Positions 22,247-36,018 of a DNA stretch of 64,000 bases are shown piece after piece. The first letter of the stretch is position 1. Each line of letters starts with the position of its first letter. The position numbers and the translations under genes are program-made. The DNA comes from Phaeosaccion multiseriatum (taxonomy: Eukaryota; Protista; Ochrophyta, other classes). The stretch spans positions 1,364,001 to 1,428,000 of the forward strand of contig OZ218953.1 in assembly GCA_965112735.1 (NCBI GenBank). Reading direction: 5' to 3'. The notes under the pieces were generated by a model that was not told the DNA's origin, did no database searches, and saw only the letters and a list, made by a program, of their open reading frames with translations.

Positions 22247-25200
22247 GACCACCCCCCCAAAAAACACTTACGTGTCTATGTGAATGCCCGCAAGGGCACG
22301 ATGCACAATAAATTGCTGATCCAGGAGGTGGGACTGCTGTTCGCAGTGGAGGAGTGTACGTTGAATGTGGTGGCATGCTCGGCGGACCTGACCGGATGGG
22401 AGGGCCTGCTGCTGGGCTCGGCCGACAAGGTCATCGGCAGCTCCCTCAGGGAAGTCTTCGCGGGAGAGGTGTGCGTGGTCTTGGAGAGGCTGATGGCTCG
22501 ATTCGCCGATCTGGCGCGGGGAGACAGCGGTAGAGATTTCTCCTGGTTTGTGTTGGACTCTCTCTCCAAGGTGCGTGTGGGAGGGAGGGAGAGGGAGAGG
22601 GAGGGAAAGGGAGAGAAAAAGAGGGGGGGATGTTTGTTTGCAGAGCGCTCGCTGGAGGCGTGCTGGTTTGTGTGTTCGCGCGCGTATTGTGAACTCGTCT
22701 CCCACCCCTGCTCGCACAGTCTTGTTGCATCATCCGCTGCTGCTGCCTTGGCCGCTCAAAACTCCTACTCGTGGCCTCTTTGCTGACTCTTTGTTTCATT
22801 CCTTCTGGTGGTAGGTCGACTTCCTCCTGCCACACAACATGTGTGTGACACTCGCGCCCTCCAACCCAGGGATAGTGCTGCTGCAGCTTGAGCCCCTTCC
22901 TCGCTTGGCGGAGCCGAACCCCATGAATGAGATGGGAGTCCGAGCGGCGCGGATTGTAGAGACGCTTACCGCTTGCCCCGACATCCCGACCTTGGTCTCC
23001 AAGGCGTGTCAGAGCATCATGCAAGTGCTCCCCTGGGACAGGGGTATGGTGTACATGTTTCATCCGGACCAGAGCGGTGAAGTGGTCAGTGAGCATCTCC
23101 GACCAGAGGCGGACGCAGCAGAGCTTGGGGCTTCTTATCTTGGGCTGCGCTTTCCCGCCAGGGACGTTCCGCCCATCGCGAAGCTTCGTTACCTTCGTAA
23201 CATGTCCAGAGCGATTAAAGATATTCACGCAGGCTCGGTCGAGTTTGTGGGGCATACGGCGAATGGCGAGCCGGTGGACCTGAGCAGGAGCATCATGCGG
23301 CCGTGCGGCCCGTGCCAGACGGAGTACTACAAGAACATGAACGTGTGTAGTTGCATGTCTATTGGCATCGTCGTAGGTGGCGAGCTGTGGGGGCTCCTGT
23401 CATTCCACTCCTACTCGGGGTGCCTCTGGCCCACGGCGGACCAGCGTATGTTGTCCCACGCGCTGGCATCCACGGTGGGGGTGCAGATTGAGCGGTATCA
23501 ACGGGCGGCGGAAACTGCAGACAAGGCTTGCCTGGGGCAGATCCTTTTGAGTCTGCCCACATCGGATAACCTGGCCTCTTTCCTAGAGGCCCACTCGAGT
23601 ACCCTGCTCAACTTGCTGGACGTCAAGGGAATCTGGGCGAAGGACCTTGTCACGGGCGCCGTGGTGTTTGAGACTGGCGACAGAGAGAACAGGCTGTTTG
23701 TCGAGTCAGACTTGGTCAAGGCCAGCCCTTACGGTCGCTCCTATGGGGTCTTTCCCGATCCATTACTGGCCTACGCGTGCATTTCGAACCAGGACTTTAC
23801 ACTGGTGCTCACGAGACCTTCCAAGGCCCACGATGTCAAGTGGGCAGGGGACCCCGACGGTGCGGGAGAGCGTGCTGATGCATCGCAAATGCGTCCGAGG
23901 AGGTCTTTCGCTGTGTTTCTAGAGAAAGCAAGGACAGAGGTCCTGTCCTGGTCGCAGGTGAGTGAGTGAGTGAGTGAGTGAGTGCGTGAGTGAGTGAGCG
24001 AACAGGCTCAGTAGTTAGATCGTTTGCTTTTGACTCTCAAGTGAGTTTGAGTGAGTGAGTGAGTGAGTGAGCGAGTGAGTGAGTGGGTAAGTGGATGAGT
24101 GAGGGAGGGAGGGAGTAGCTTCTTGAGTGGGTAGGTGAGTAGGTGAGGTGACCGAGGGAGTGGGTGTGTGAGGTGCGCGGGGGAGGGAGGAGTGAGTGAA
24201 TGAGAGGGTGAGCGAGGAAGTGCGCGTGCCTCGCTCTTTCACCTGAGCCGCCGAACTTCTCCAGGACATTGACATTTCATGATTGTCCCCTCCCCCTCCT
24301 CCCCTTGCCGTGCGGCTTGTCTCAATGGCTTATTCCCTCCCTCCCCTCAATCCCTCCCCTCCCTCCCTCCCCTCCCTCCCTCCCCTCCCTCCCTCCCTCC
24401 CCTCCCCCTCCCCCCCCCCCACAGCACGAGATGGATCTCATCGCGACTCTGGCTGACACCATCGTGGCCTACATCCACTCCACCATGCTGAAACGCGTGC
24501 AGGAGGACTTGAACAAGAGCATGTACGAGAAGAGCCTCGCGGAGGAGGCCAGTCGCAACGATCACGAGGTAGGTACATCGTTCGCTTAGTGTTCAGCTGG
24601 AGTTTGGTTGTGCTCCCTCTTTCTGACTCTCGCTTTCCGTCGCCTGCGGAGCCTTCGCACCTCGCTTCTGCCTCTGGCCCCCACCCATACACCTCTCCCT
24701 GAACCCCCCCCCCCCCCTCCCTCTCTCTCTCTCTTACGCCTCACATTCAGTTCTTTGCACACATGTCGCACGAGCTGCGGACGCCCTTTCACGGTACGTT
24801 GGCCGTTGCTACTGCAGCGGTTGCTGTTCTTGCTGTGCGTCTTTCATGCCCTCATCCCTTGGCGTGCTGCACATCAATCATGCATGGGCGATAGACAGGT
24901 AGTGCTTTTACTCTCTCTGGTTACTATTCTTATGTATTGTATCGTACCTGCATGTGATGTGCCTAAAACTAAAATACAGGGGTGATGAGCTCTCTCCAGA
25001 TCATCCGCGAGGAGGAGGGGATGGCAGTCAAACAAAGGAACGAGTTCATAGACACGGCCCTTCAGAGCGGCGCCACCATGCTGCAGACGCTCGATAACAT
25101 TCTCAACATCGCCAAGCGCAAGCAAAAGGTAAGCGAGCAAGTACGCAAAGAAGCAAAGACAAAGGTTGAATTCCTTGCACGGCATTACTGTCCCTATCGC

Positions 25201-26868
25201 TTCGCTCATTCTTTCTTCTTTCTAACGTATCTCTCTCTATCTCTCTCTCCCTCACAATACTTCTGTTCTTTTTTTTTTTAATGTACAGGGAACCGATCCC
25301 GTCCTGACAATTTTCTGCCTAGAGGACGTAGTTGCGCGAGCCGTGGAAGGCATGCGTCACTTTGCCAGCCTCTCCGGGGTTGTCTTCCTGGACCGTTACA
25401 CCTTCAGCCCCACGCTCGCGGTCCGAGGAGATGAGCCCGGCATTAGGCAAATAGTGTCAAACCTGGCCAGCAACGCCATCAAATTCACTCCGGAGGGGGG
25501 GCTTGTGAATGTGTCCGTAGCCATTTGTGACACTTTAAGAGAGGCGAAGAGCATTTGGGAAGGGGAGGCCAAAACCTATGCCGCCTCCAAGCTTCACTCC
25601 TCAGTGGGTCCGAATCATGTGGACCACGGGACGACAGGGCAGCAGAGCAGCAGCAGCAGCAGCAAGAAGTGGATTGTGGTCATCGTGACCGACACGGGCT
25701 GCGGCATCCCTGGCGGTGAGTGAGTATGAGGGAACAAGGAAGGAAGGGTGAATCGATAGAAAAGAAGGGATGGATGGCCCACTCTCCTCCTTATGCGCGT
25801 GTGGATAATGTGCTCTGCTCTCCCCTGCCTGTGGCATTGGCACCAACTCCCCCCCCCCCCTCCCTCTCCCTTGCTTCAACAACCACCCACAACCGCGCAG
25901 CTGAACTGGATAACATTCTGTCACCTTACGTGCAAGTGTCCAGCGGGGTCAGCAAAGTGTACCAAGGCACTGGGCTGGGTCTGCACATCTGCTTCCTCAG
26001 CGTGTACGGTATGCAAGGCTGTATAGGCGTCGCATCAGAGCTCGGAAAAGGCACCACCTTCATCACCATGCTACCCGTTGAAGTCGTGTCTTCAGTGCTT
26101 GTCCCACCGGCAATCAAGCGAACCGCTATTCCCCGGATAGAGCCAGGCGCCAAGACACATTTGATTGTCGTTGTGGACGACAGCAAGCCAAATGTCAAGC
26201 TCGCTAGCAAGCAGATTCGCAACGCCTTGGGGGATAAAACGGAGGTGCTTACCGCCTTCAATGGCAAGGAGGGCTTGGACCTTGTATTGCAGCTGCGCGA
26301 GGAGGGGAGGGTCATCCACGGGGTGGTTATGGACTACCACATGCCCATCATGTCAGGCTTGGAGGCTATTCACGCCATTCGCGAGTATGAGAAGGAGCAT
26401 ACTGTGTTGCACCCTACGCCCATCGCGGCCTTTACTGCTGATGTGACGGAGAAGTCGAGGTCCGAGTTGCTTCTCGCAGGGGCGACGATGATCATCAACA
26501 AACCCGTCTCCAAGGGGGACATTGCGGAGGCTTGCTTCGCCATGATCTCTGCGAGTGGCGACTCTGACGACGACCAGAAGGATGGATGGAAGGGTGGATG
26601 GAAGGATGAGGGGGCTTCTGCCCCGGCCCCTGTCGCTTCCTCTCCTGCTGAGCAGCAGCAGCACCAGCAGCAGCAGCAACAACAACAACAGCAGCAGCAG
26701 CAGCAGCAGAGCGGTGAAGGTGACGCGGCCCTTGCGGCTTGTGACAAGCCGTTGCCCACCGTACGCCCCACACTTCGCCCTCAGTCCTCGGGACCGCGCT
26801 CTCTCGGTACCCCCCCCCCTCAATTCCCGCGCGCTGCCACACGCCCCCATTCTCCTACGGGTCCTTAA
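22247..26868 (+). CDS. Phytochrome: PAS-GAF-PHY-histidine kinase-receiver (5' end uncertain)
   Basis: Exons ~22247-22570, 22815-23957, 24425-24568, 24751-24793, 24980-25128, 25289-25715, 25901-26868 join in frame. PAS_2 LIQEVGLLFAVEE; GAF DRGMVYMFHPDQSGEVVSE, YLGLRFPARDVP, DLSRSIMRPCGPCQTEYYKNM, LWGLLSFH; PHY tongue WAG..PRRSF; HisKA SHELRTP; HATPase NAIKFT, DTGCGI, GTGLGL; REC VDDS..MDYHMP..KP. Confidence 0.93.
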
Positions 26869-28153
26869 GATCCTTCGAGACGCAGTGAGCCTCTGATTAA
26901 GAGAGAGGGATGGGTGGATGATGACGAGAACAGAGCTCGCCTGCCTTCAGAGCTTCTTTTCCCGAGCCTTAAACCGAGTTGAGGAGGCAGAGAGAGTAGG
27001 GGACAGCGCCGTGCCCGCCTTTGGGGGTTTGGGAGGTCAAGGCTTCACTCATTTAGTACATAACGGGCGGACGCCCCCCTTGGCTCGATGCCTACGTACC
27101 AACACTTACCGTACATGCATAAAGTGTTCTGACCACATCATATTATGCTTGATCTACAGCATCAGCCAGAGGCCACTCTTTTTGAGTTTCCGAAATGGTG
27201 GGGGAAGAGTATCGGAAGAGTAATACGGATCAACCCCGTTTGACCCCCTCCCCTCTCAGTACAAGCACAAGGACGGGCAGGAGGCCCAACCAAGAGACAC
27301 GAAGGGTGGGTTGCCCCCATTGGTTCTGTTTCCATGTTCCAACTGTGCGTATCCGTACACACGTACGCATGCTGCTGCGCTGCTGCTGGGGTCAAAGGGC
27401 TTCCTTCACTTCTGCATGCCCACTTTCCTCTCCAACTGGCAGTGAAGAGTAAACCCGGGACCCGACTCGGCAGGTGGGCGAGTGCAAGTGTTGCATGCTG
27501 TGGAGGGAGCGCTATTCAGGCACCAGGTGTGGCCCCGAAGTCGGCAAGAAGCCACAAGGGTTTCCGCAGCATGCATGCGCCGCACCGCCAAGGCTTCTTG
27601 GTGGTGTGGGGGGGGGGGGCTCAAATGGATGGTGTCATCCCAGTGCCGCTGCTGCCGCCGTGCTGCCCTGCTGCTGCTGGAGCCTCTTTCTGTCTCCAGT
27701 GCGCTTGCGCTCTCCCCGGTGGCCCGCAAAGTGTGTGGCGGGCATGGGACATGACATACTCGCGTCGGTCGTACGGTACGCTCTCTCCCCCCCCATGTGG
27801 GGCTTGCATCTTCTCCTTCTCTCGGTCACCCGACCTTCCCAGACCGTCTTCTCAATGTTGACGCGCTTGACGCGCTTCGCCTATCCTTGACGGGCCTCGC
27901 TTGCCAGCATCAGATCCAGCAGCCTTACCAAGCCCCTCCCCTCTGAGCGGGCGAGTTCCACATCCCGGCTTGTTCTTGTGGAGCATGGGCGCGGGAGTGC
28001 GAAGAGACAACCCTCTGGTACTAAACGGAAAAAACCTCTTCTTTCGTTTCCCTTCGTTTCCAGCTGCTTCCAAATTCAAGCCTGCTCGACAAACTGTCTT
28101 CCCCCTCCCTCACAGCGTCCGTCCCGGCAGCAATTCGATTCGCTCCCAACATC

Positions 28154-29578
28154 TCAAGACTTCGCCGGGGGGCCATCTCTACCCCCTCCACACTGTTGTT
28201 GCTCGGCTTGGGTTGCCTGCCAAGACCGCGCCCACATATGCACCGCGAACGACTCAGGCTGCGCGTACTTTCTGGCCTCCGCGTCACAAAGCCCGCCGCC
28301 TCCGTGCAAGTCAAGACTGACATTGTTCGGCATTGGGTAGAAAAACGGGGTGGGCAGGATCAACACGCCGCCCCGTGCCCCGTCCCCGAGTTTCTTGCCA
28401 CCGCTGTTGCCTACTTCACCCTCCGTGAGGAAGTGCCGAACTATGCTTCTTGTCAATAGGCCGGGGCCTGTTCTGCTGATGGTGCCTTCCTTGTCGCTCT
28501 TGCCAAACTGCGGAATCGTTGCCGTGGAAACATTCTTCAAGTCCGCGCCCCCAAGAAAGGCGGACATGTGTTGGGCAATATCGGGCACGTCCGTTTGTAG
28601 CGACAAGAGACTCAGAGGACTGAAATCTGCTGCTGCTGGCGACGACGGACCCGTAGCACCAGCCTTCTCAGCCTTGTCAGAGGAGGAGCTGCTGCTGTCG
28701 GTAGAGGGTGGCCTTGATGCTGCTTCTGATGAAGCGGCAATCTCCTGTACCAGTCTCTCTAGTAGGGGGTGCCCAGCGGTACACCCGATGAAGCCATTGT
28801 TCACCTCCGCCGTGCCTGTGTTGGACATGCCTGGCGATGGAGAGGGGCGACGAGGCAAAGGTACACACACATGCAAGCATGTTCATCCATGGTAGCGAGC
28901 GTGAGCCACAGGTCAGGAGGGCGGACTACGATACAACAAAAGCAACTATTACTCTGCTGCCCACCTGCGTAGAAGAGACAGCCGAGCTCGTGAAGAGTAG
29001 TGAGCGACTGGATCGCTAAGAAGTCGCAGTCCACGTACACACCGCCGTATCGGAGCAAGATTTCTGAAAAAGGCCGAGAGCAATGTGTGTGGAAAGTGAT
29101 GAGGGGGGGGGGGGGGGGTTAAAAAATGAGGAGGAGGGAGAAAGATGATAATACATGCCAATATAACTTTATCTTCTTCCTCACCGTATCTGGCGATGTC
29201 TGATTTCTCCCCGTAGTTCTGAGCCCGCTCGTAGGCCGCTGCGTTGCGCAGCTTCAAGCCTTCCACATCGCTGCTGCCCCACAGCCGGACCTCCCACCCT
29301 GTGCCATCACCCAGCAGCATTGTCTTCCACCCTTCCACAAGGCGCTGTTGAAAAGGGGGCATTGGTCCCCCTAGCCAGATGAAGTGCACGAGCTTGGGGA
29401 TGGCGGTAGTCGGAGTAGCAGCGGCGTCGAGAGGAGAGGAGCGGTACGCTTCGTATGTAGCCTCCATCGCGCCGAGCCACTTCGACTCCTTGGCCTCTGT
29501 GGTCCACCGCGTACCTGCATTCATTCCCCTCGCAGTGATGGAAGCACAAGCGTCCCATGCTCGCCAACCCATAGCCAT
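28154..29578 (-). CDS. Glycosyltransferase family 32 (DxD, Och1/capsular-synthesis-like)
   Basis: IPKLVHFIWLGG, EKSDIARY|EILLRYGGVYVDCDF, NNGFIG..GHPLL, RTGPGLLT, FAVHMWARSW over three exons; start ATG tentative. Confidence 0.85.
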
Positions 29579-29685
29579 AACAAAAGTAAGCAAGTTGTAG
29601 CACTCCCTCCACCGCCAGTTGTAGATCCAGGTTGTTTGACTCGTAACACCCGAAAGTGTCGGGGATCGTGTGAACGTGCTGGGGA

Positions 29686-30141
29686 ATGGCCCTTCCCTCA
29701 TGGCTCACCTACGTGTTCGTGGCTCTCCTCATTACGGGCTCTGCCTTCTTCTCCGGCCTGACGCTTGGTACGGGTCCCGCATAAGAGTGCGAGGGGTTGC
29801 GGGATCGTTGCGGTGACAATTGACTCATCCTCCCCTCGTGCTTGCTCTCTTCTGACTGTGTATTCAGGTCTGCTGGGACTTGACAAGATCGGCCTGCAGA
29901 TTGTGGCGTCCAGCGACAATGCCACGCTTGCGAAGTATGCCAAGAGGATGCAGCCAGTGCGCGAGAACGGAAACTTGCTCCTCTGCACCCTCCTCCTTGG
30001 CAATGTGGCGGTCAATGCCCTCTTGTCCATTCTCCTGGCGGACTTGACTTCGGTGAGTTATGAGTCCTGTAGTGCCAAGCGCATGCGATGCTTACTATGG
30101 ACTCGCTGCTCTCTCTCTCTCTCTCTCCCTCTCTCCCTCTC

Positions 30142-30208
<67 letters not shown>

Positions 30209-30439
30209 GTCTGTTTGTATGGCGAGAATAGGGCCTGAATGGTTTCTTCCTCTCCACCGCTCTCATCACGATATTCGGAGAGATCATCCCCCAGGCCGTG
30301 TGCAGTCGACACGCCTTGAGGATTGGATACACTGTGGTCCCGCTGGTGAAACTCATGGTCGTACTGCTTTATCCTTTCGCGAAGCCTCTCAGTATGGTCC
30401 TGGTGAGTAACAAGCACGCACGCATGTATACATACATAC

Positions 30440-30476
<37 letters not shown>

Positions 30477-31128
30477 CCCTCATCAAACATTGGTCGGGGG
30501 CGACGTCCTACACGTGTCCTCACAACTCTCTCCCTCGGCCCCTTTGCCAACCTTCTGCCTTGTTCCCCCATGCCTCACTCACGCCTCTCTACTTGTATTG
30601 CCTCTGTTCCATCGACCATTTTGCTGGGGACATTGGACGGGCGCTGCACAGGACGTCATGCTGGGTAAGTCAGCAAGGAAGAGGCGTCTGTGACGTCTTC
30701 CTCCGGCTCTCCGCTGCCCCCCTCTGTCCAATGATGTCCCCACTCAGGAAGAAGATTGCCGATGATAGACTTCCCTCCTTCCCTTCCTCCCTCCCTCCCT
30801 CCGTCCCTCCTCTACGTCCGTCCCCCCCTTGTTTCTTCCCTCCCTCTCTACTCTTGCCTCCCCCCCCTCCTCCCTGCGTGTACTCTGTCTCCCTCCCCCA
30901 CTCTCTCCTTCCCTCCCTCCCTTCTTCCCTGCCTACCTGCCTCACCCCCCCCCCCCTCAGGCGATGAGATTGGGACTATTCATACGAGGACAGAGCTGCG
31001 AGAGCTCATGTCTATTCATGCCACGCACGGGGCCATTGACATAGAGACGGCGAGGGAGGTGAAGGGGGCGCTTCATTACAAGGACGTCCCGGTCCAGGTC
31101 AGTGTGCGTGTGCGTGTGCGTGTGTGTC

Positions 31129-31159
<31 letters not shown>

Positions 31160-33063
31160 TGGGGGGGGGGGGGGAGGGCTTTTGCTTTTTCCTACGCTTT
31201 TCACTCTTGTACACTTAATTTTGGTTGGCTGCTTCTTGTGGTGCTGCTGAGGGAGAAGAGTCCAGCGATTGAACGACACAAATACATCAAAACAAAGCTT
31301 TGATGAGACTTTCCCACCCCTCACTCCTCCCCCTCCTCTCCTCCCGTGCAAATGATAAATGATGACAACGATGACACATCATCCAACTGCAGAACATTAT
31401 GACGCCAATAGAGCACACATTCATGTTGAGCGAGCACAGTAGGCTGGACCTGGACACCATGGCCAAGCTCTTCAAGTCGGGCTTCAGTCGCATCCCTGTC
31501 TATGGGAGGGACAAACATGACGTGGTGGGGCTTCTGCTAGTCAAAGGTGAGCGCGTGACAAGCGCTGGAAGCGGATCGGAGCGAGTGGAAGAGGGCAGGG
31601 CCGTGATGATGCAATACAATACAAAAGCGCAATTGCAATACAAACCAAGTCAGTTTTTGATTTGGACTTTCCTTTCTATCTCCCGCTCCCCTCCCCTCCC
31701 GTCCCCTCCCCTCCCCTCCTCTCCCCTCCCTTCCCTGCACTCAGATTTGATCTTCATGGACCCTGAAGATCGCGAGCCCGTCCGTAGGCTTCTCGACATC
31801 TTTGGACGGCCGCTGCAGACGGTGTGGCCGGACCAGAGCTTGGGGGAGGTGCTGACCATGTTCAAGGCGGGGAGGAGCCACTTGGCAGTTGTCAGGGACG
31901 TAAACAACCAGGGGCCGGTGAGTGGGGGAGAGAGGAGAGGAAGGGAGGGGGTTTTATTGACTTGACAATAGGAATCACCTATGAAACTGAAAGTGTGTGT
32001 GTATGTGTGTGTGTGTGTGTGGGCGAGGGGAAGGGAGGGGAGGAAGCAAAGAGGGTGGGGGCGGGGGGGGGGCGGAGGAAAGGCTTGTTGTCGTCGTTTT
32101 GTGTGTGGGTTGGGCAGCTTCTCTCCTCCACACAAAAACAAAGGCGATATATAGATATATATATACCATGCTACACTCATATTATCGTATCCTTCTTCCC
32201 CTCTCCCCCCCCCCCCCCTTCCCTCCCTCTCACCTACCCCACCCCAACTCCACTCCACTCCACTCCACTCCTCCGCTTTCCATTCGCCAATTCTTCAGGG
32301 CGACCCGTTCTACGAGACCAAGGGCATCATCACTCTAGAGGATATTATCGAAGAGATTTTGGGGGACGAGATTGTGGACGAATCGGACGTGTTTGTCGAC
32401 GTGGTGAAGCGGGACGGAAGAAAAGTCGAGACGTTCGACTTTGGGCGGCTGGCGCTGCTCAACGGCGTGGCGCAGCGGAAACCTTCGGCACTGCACCCGG
32501 GGGAGGCACTGGCGGTGGAGGCCTTTTTGCAGCGACACGTGGCGCAGTGTCACGGGCTCAGTGAAGAAAGTGTCAAGGAGATGGTGCGGCGAGCAGAGGT
32601 GTTGGAGATGAGAGGCAACTTTAGTAAGGAGAATGTGGGGGAGATTGAAGAGGAGGACATTTTGTACAAGAGGGGGCAAGAGAGCCAGTGCACCATTCTC
32701 ATTCTCCACGGCTCCATTTGTATACGCAAGGGGGAGGAGGCGGTGCTGAGCTACGCCACACCGTGGACCCTGCTCGGGGAGGAGGCCCTTGCCCAGCAGG
32801 GAGGAGGAGGAGGTGGGAAGGGGGGGGAGGGCGGGGAGAGAGGCGGCGGTGGTGGTGGCGGCTTCAAGCCGGACTTTACAGCGCATGTGACGAGTGAAAG
32901 CGTCAGGTGTCTCCGATTCTCTCCTCGGCAAGGTCAAGCTCAACAAGGTTCAGCAGCAGCAAGCGAGAGCGAAGCCAACAACGGCCTCGAAGAGACTCTT
33001 CGCGGCCCGGACGGGGAGACATTAGAAGAGGACAGCACAGCTGCCGCGCCAATACAAGAATAA
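29686..33063 (+). CDS. CNNM/CorC-family (DUF21-CBS-CNBH) metal transporter
   Basis: SAFFSGLTLG|LLGLD, GNLLLCTLLLGNVAVN, IFGEIIPQAVC, IMTP, SGFSRIPVY, GRSHLAVV, GIITLEDIIEEILGDEIVDESD; includes a 13-nt micro-exon at 30652-30664. Confidence 0.93.
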
Positions 33064-33824
33064 CACCTGCTGCTCCAGACGAGGACCAACAGAGCAGCGG
33101 CCTTTTCTGTACCACCCGAGGCTGCTGGAGATGAAAATGAATGAATGTAATATACGAATAGCAACCTCTTCCATGCCCATATGCCTCTGCTCTCTGTGCC
33201 TCCTCCACTCTGTTATGCCCTGGGAAGGCGGAAGGTGGTGAGCGATTCGATTCCAAGTGGTGCGCCCTCCTCTCCCCTCCCCGCAAGGCAAGGGGTCTGG
33301 GGTCTGATGTGTGGGGCAGGGGGCAGGTGTGAGGAGGTAAGGAAGGAAGGCCCTGGCTGTCAGTGGTCCGCACTGCGCACGATGGCCCTTGATGGATGCA
33401 GTCAACAACAAGGAAAAGGAGAGGCTGCCGTCGGACGAGTGCACTATCCGCCACTTGTTGTGGATGGGGGGGGGGGGGGGGGGCAATCTCTTCTCTGTAT
33501 GTATAAAGCTTTAATTTCATTTTGTTTTTTAAATTTAATTTTAATTTTAAAAAAAATGACTTTGTCAAGTCTTCCTTTCTCTCCTTGCCCCCTATCCCCA
33601 ATCCCGTCTCCCTTTCCCACAAAATTACCTCCCACTTTTAATTAAAACTGAAATACTTTGTACAATGTATCAAGCCTTTCTTCCTTCCTCTTCCCTTCCT
33701 TTCCTCCCCTTCCTCGCCCCCCCCCCCCCCCTCCCCCATTTCCCTTCCTTTCCCCGCCCTAAACCCCCGCCTTCCCTTCTTCCAGCCCCCCCCCCCTCTC
33801 GTAACCGTCTGTTTAACATTTACA

Positions 33825-34405
33825 CTACACGCCGCCCAACACGGAGCTGGCAGTATCCAATTCGCCAAAGTCGAGCTGCAGATCGCCCTCTGCAATCAGA
33901 TTGTTGAGGTTTCCAGAACTCTTGCTGGTGCTGCTGCTGCTGGTGCTGCTGCCTGCCGTGGTGGCAGCGGCTCCTCCTACTCCTCCTGCTCCCCCACCCA
34001 ACCCCCCTCCGAGCAGTGCCGAAGCAGCGGTGGGCACCAGGAATGAGCCACGCGCATCTGCTGCGGACAGGGCAGGAGACGACAGTGACTGAGGGAGGAA
34101 CACGGAGGAGGCAGGAGAGGAGGAGCCTTCCCCCACGATCCCTCCCAGCTTCGCCACCGCCCCTCCTCCTCCTCCTCCTCCTCCTCCTCCTCCTCCTGCT
34201 GCTCCTCCCAGTCCCATTCCCATTCCACTGGCCGCTCTCCCTCCACCCGGCGCCCCCGCCGCCCCTCCTCCTCCTCCTCCTCCTCCTCCTGCTCCTGCTC
34301 CCAGGACCCTCGAGTCAAGCGAGGACTGTCTCTGAGGCTGGGGAGGAGGAGGAGCTCCGAATTGCTGGAGCCTCTGCTGCTGCGGCTGCGGCTGCTGCTG
34401 GGGGA

Positions 34406-34445
<40 letters not shown>

Positions 34446-35978
34446 TTGTTGTTGTTGCTCAAGATGAGAAGGACTTACTCCAAAATCCTCTCGAAGAGGA
34501 AGCTCCGAAATCACGTCCCATCCGCCCCTCTCCCACTCACCCCCCCCCCCTCCCCCCCCTGGTGGTTTAAAGCCCGGTGGGGGAGCTTGTAGGCCCGGAA
34601 TCTTAGCCACACCTGCCCCCACACTCACAGCGCCACTCAGCTGATGCCGGTGCTGGTGGTGGTGTGGCTGCTGCTGCTGCTGCTGTGGCCTCTGTGCATC
34701 AGGGAGTGGGGCCGAGCGGGACCAAGCCCGATCTGGCACATCCGACGGCGGACCGGGAGAGGCTCCTCGAAGAGGCCCTCCTTCATACATGTGTCCACCG
34801 AAGTCTCCTCCTCCTCCTCCTCCTCCTCCTCCTCCTCCTCCTCCTCCTCCTCCTCCTCCTCCCACTCCCGCTCCTCCCATATGCTGGTGCGGGTGCCCCC
34901 CTGGCCCTTGTTGTTTGGGGTGCAGCTGCTGGGGCTGGCTTAGGTTCTGTGCACTCACAGAAGGCCGCATAGTTGAGTGGTAGGAGGACTGCTGCCCGTG
35001 GTGACCACCGCCTCCGCCTCTGCTGCTATCAATCAGATTGCCACCACCTCCTCCTGCCCCTCCTCTGAAAGACGAAGAATACTGAGAGGGCGGTATGGGG
35101 GGAGGGGGTGCCTTGCCAAAGCCGCCGTGCTGTTGATTGGGCCCCCGTCGATTGGGTCCATGAAATGGTAGATTGTGTGCTGTCTGCTTGTTGGAGAAGC
35201 CATGATGGTGTTGCTGCTGCTGGTGGTGCTGCTGGTGATGGTGGCTTCCTCCAAACTGGTGCTGCTGATGATGATGGTGGGAGGTGTGCCCACCACCCCC
35301 ACCCCCACCCCCACCCCCTCCTCCTCCACCAATGCCACCCCCGCTGTTCGCGCTACTGTGGCTCATATCCCGTTGACTACTTAGCTCCGCCTGCCGCATA
35401 ATGGTCTTGCGAAGGGCCTCTACCACTCTCTCCATCTCACTGTTCCTGTCCCTGAGGTACCGCGCATCCTTCCTCGACTCCTCCAGTAACATGACCACCG
35501 ATCGCAGCTGCTCCGATTGCTTCGAAGGGTCGCTAAACTCCCCCTCCCCTCCCCCGCCTCCTCCTTCCAGAGACGCGTTTGCACTATTGCTCAAGCCCTC
35601 CAACGCCGCCGTGTGGGAGGCCACAGCCTCGCTCTTGGCACGGGCCAGGAGCTGTTCGTAGTACTCTCGCAAGCGACTCACTTCTCCACGCTCCCTCATC
35701 TCCACCTCCTCCACCCTCTTGCGCCACTGCGCCTCGGTGTTGATCATGTGCTGCCTGTTGTTCAAGAGCTCAAGCTGCACATCGTTTAGTTGCTTCTTGT
35801 GGGCCTCCCCGAGCTTGTTGAGCTCAGCGTCTTTCTCCTGTACCAGCTGCTGAATGGCCAACTCGTGCTGCTCTCGCTGCGTGGCCGAGGCCTGTGAGTC
35901 AAACGAGGGGGCGTTGTGGTCAGTTCAGTTCAGGGGGAGTACGGGGTAAGAAGGCCAAAAAAACGCACACGCGGAGGC

Positions 35979-36018
<40 letters not shown>

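Noticed and set aside
26900-28150. Coding-like - strand fragment (..AKRVKRVNIEKTVWEG..)
   Set aside because: No start or complete frame could be built and no homology was recognised.
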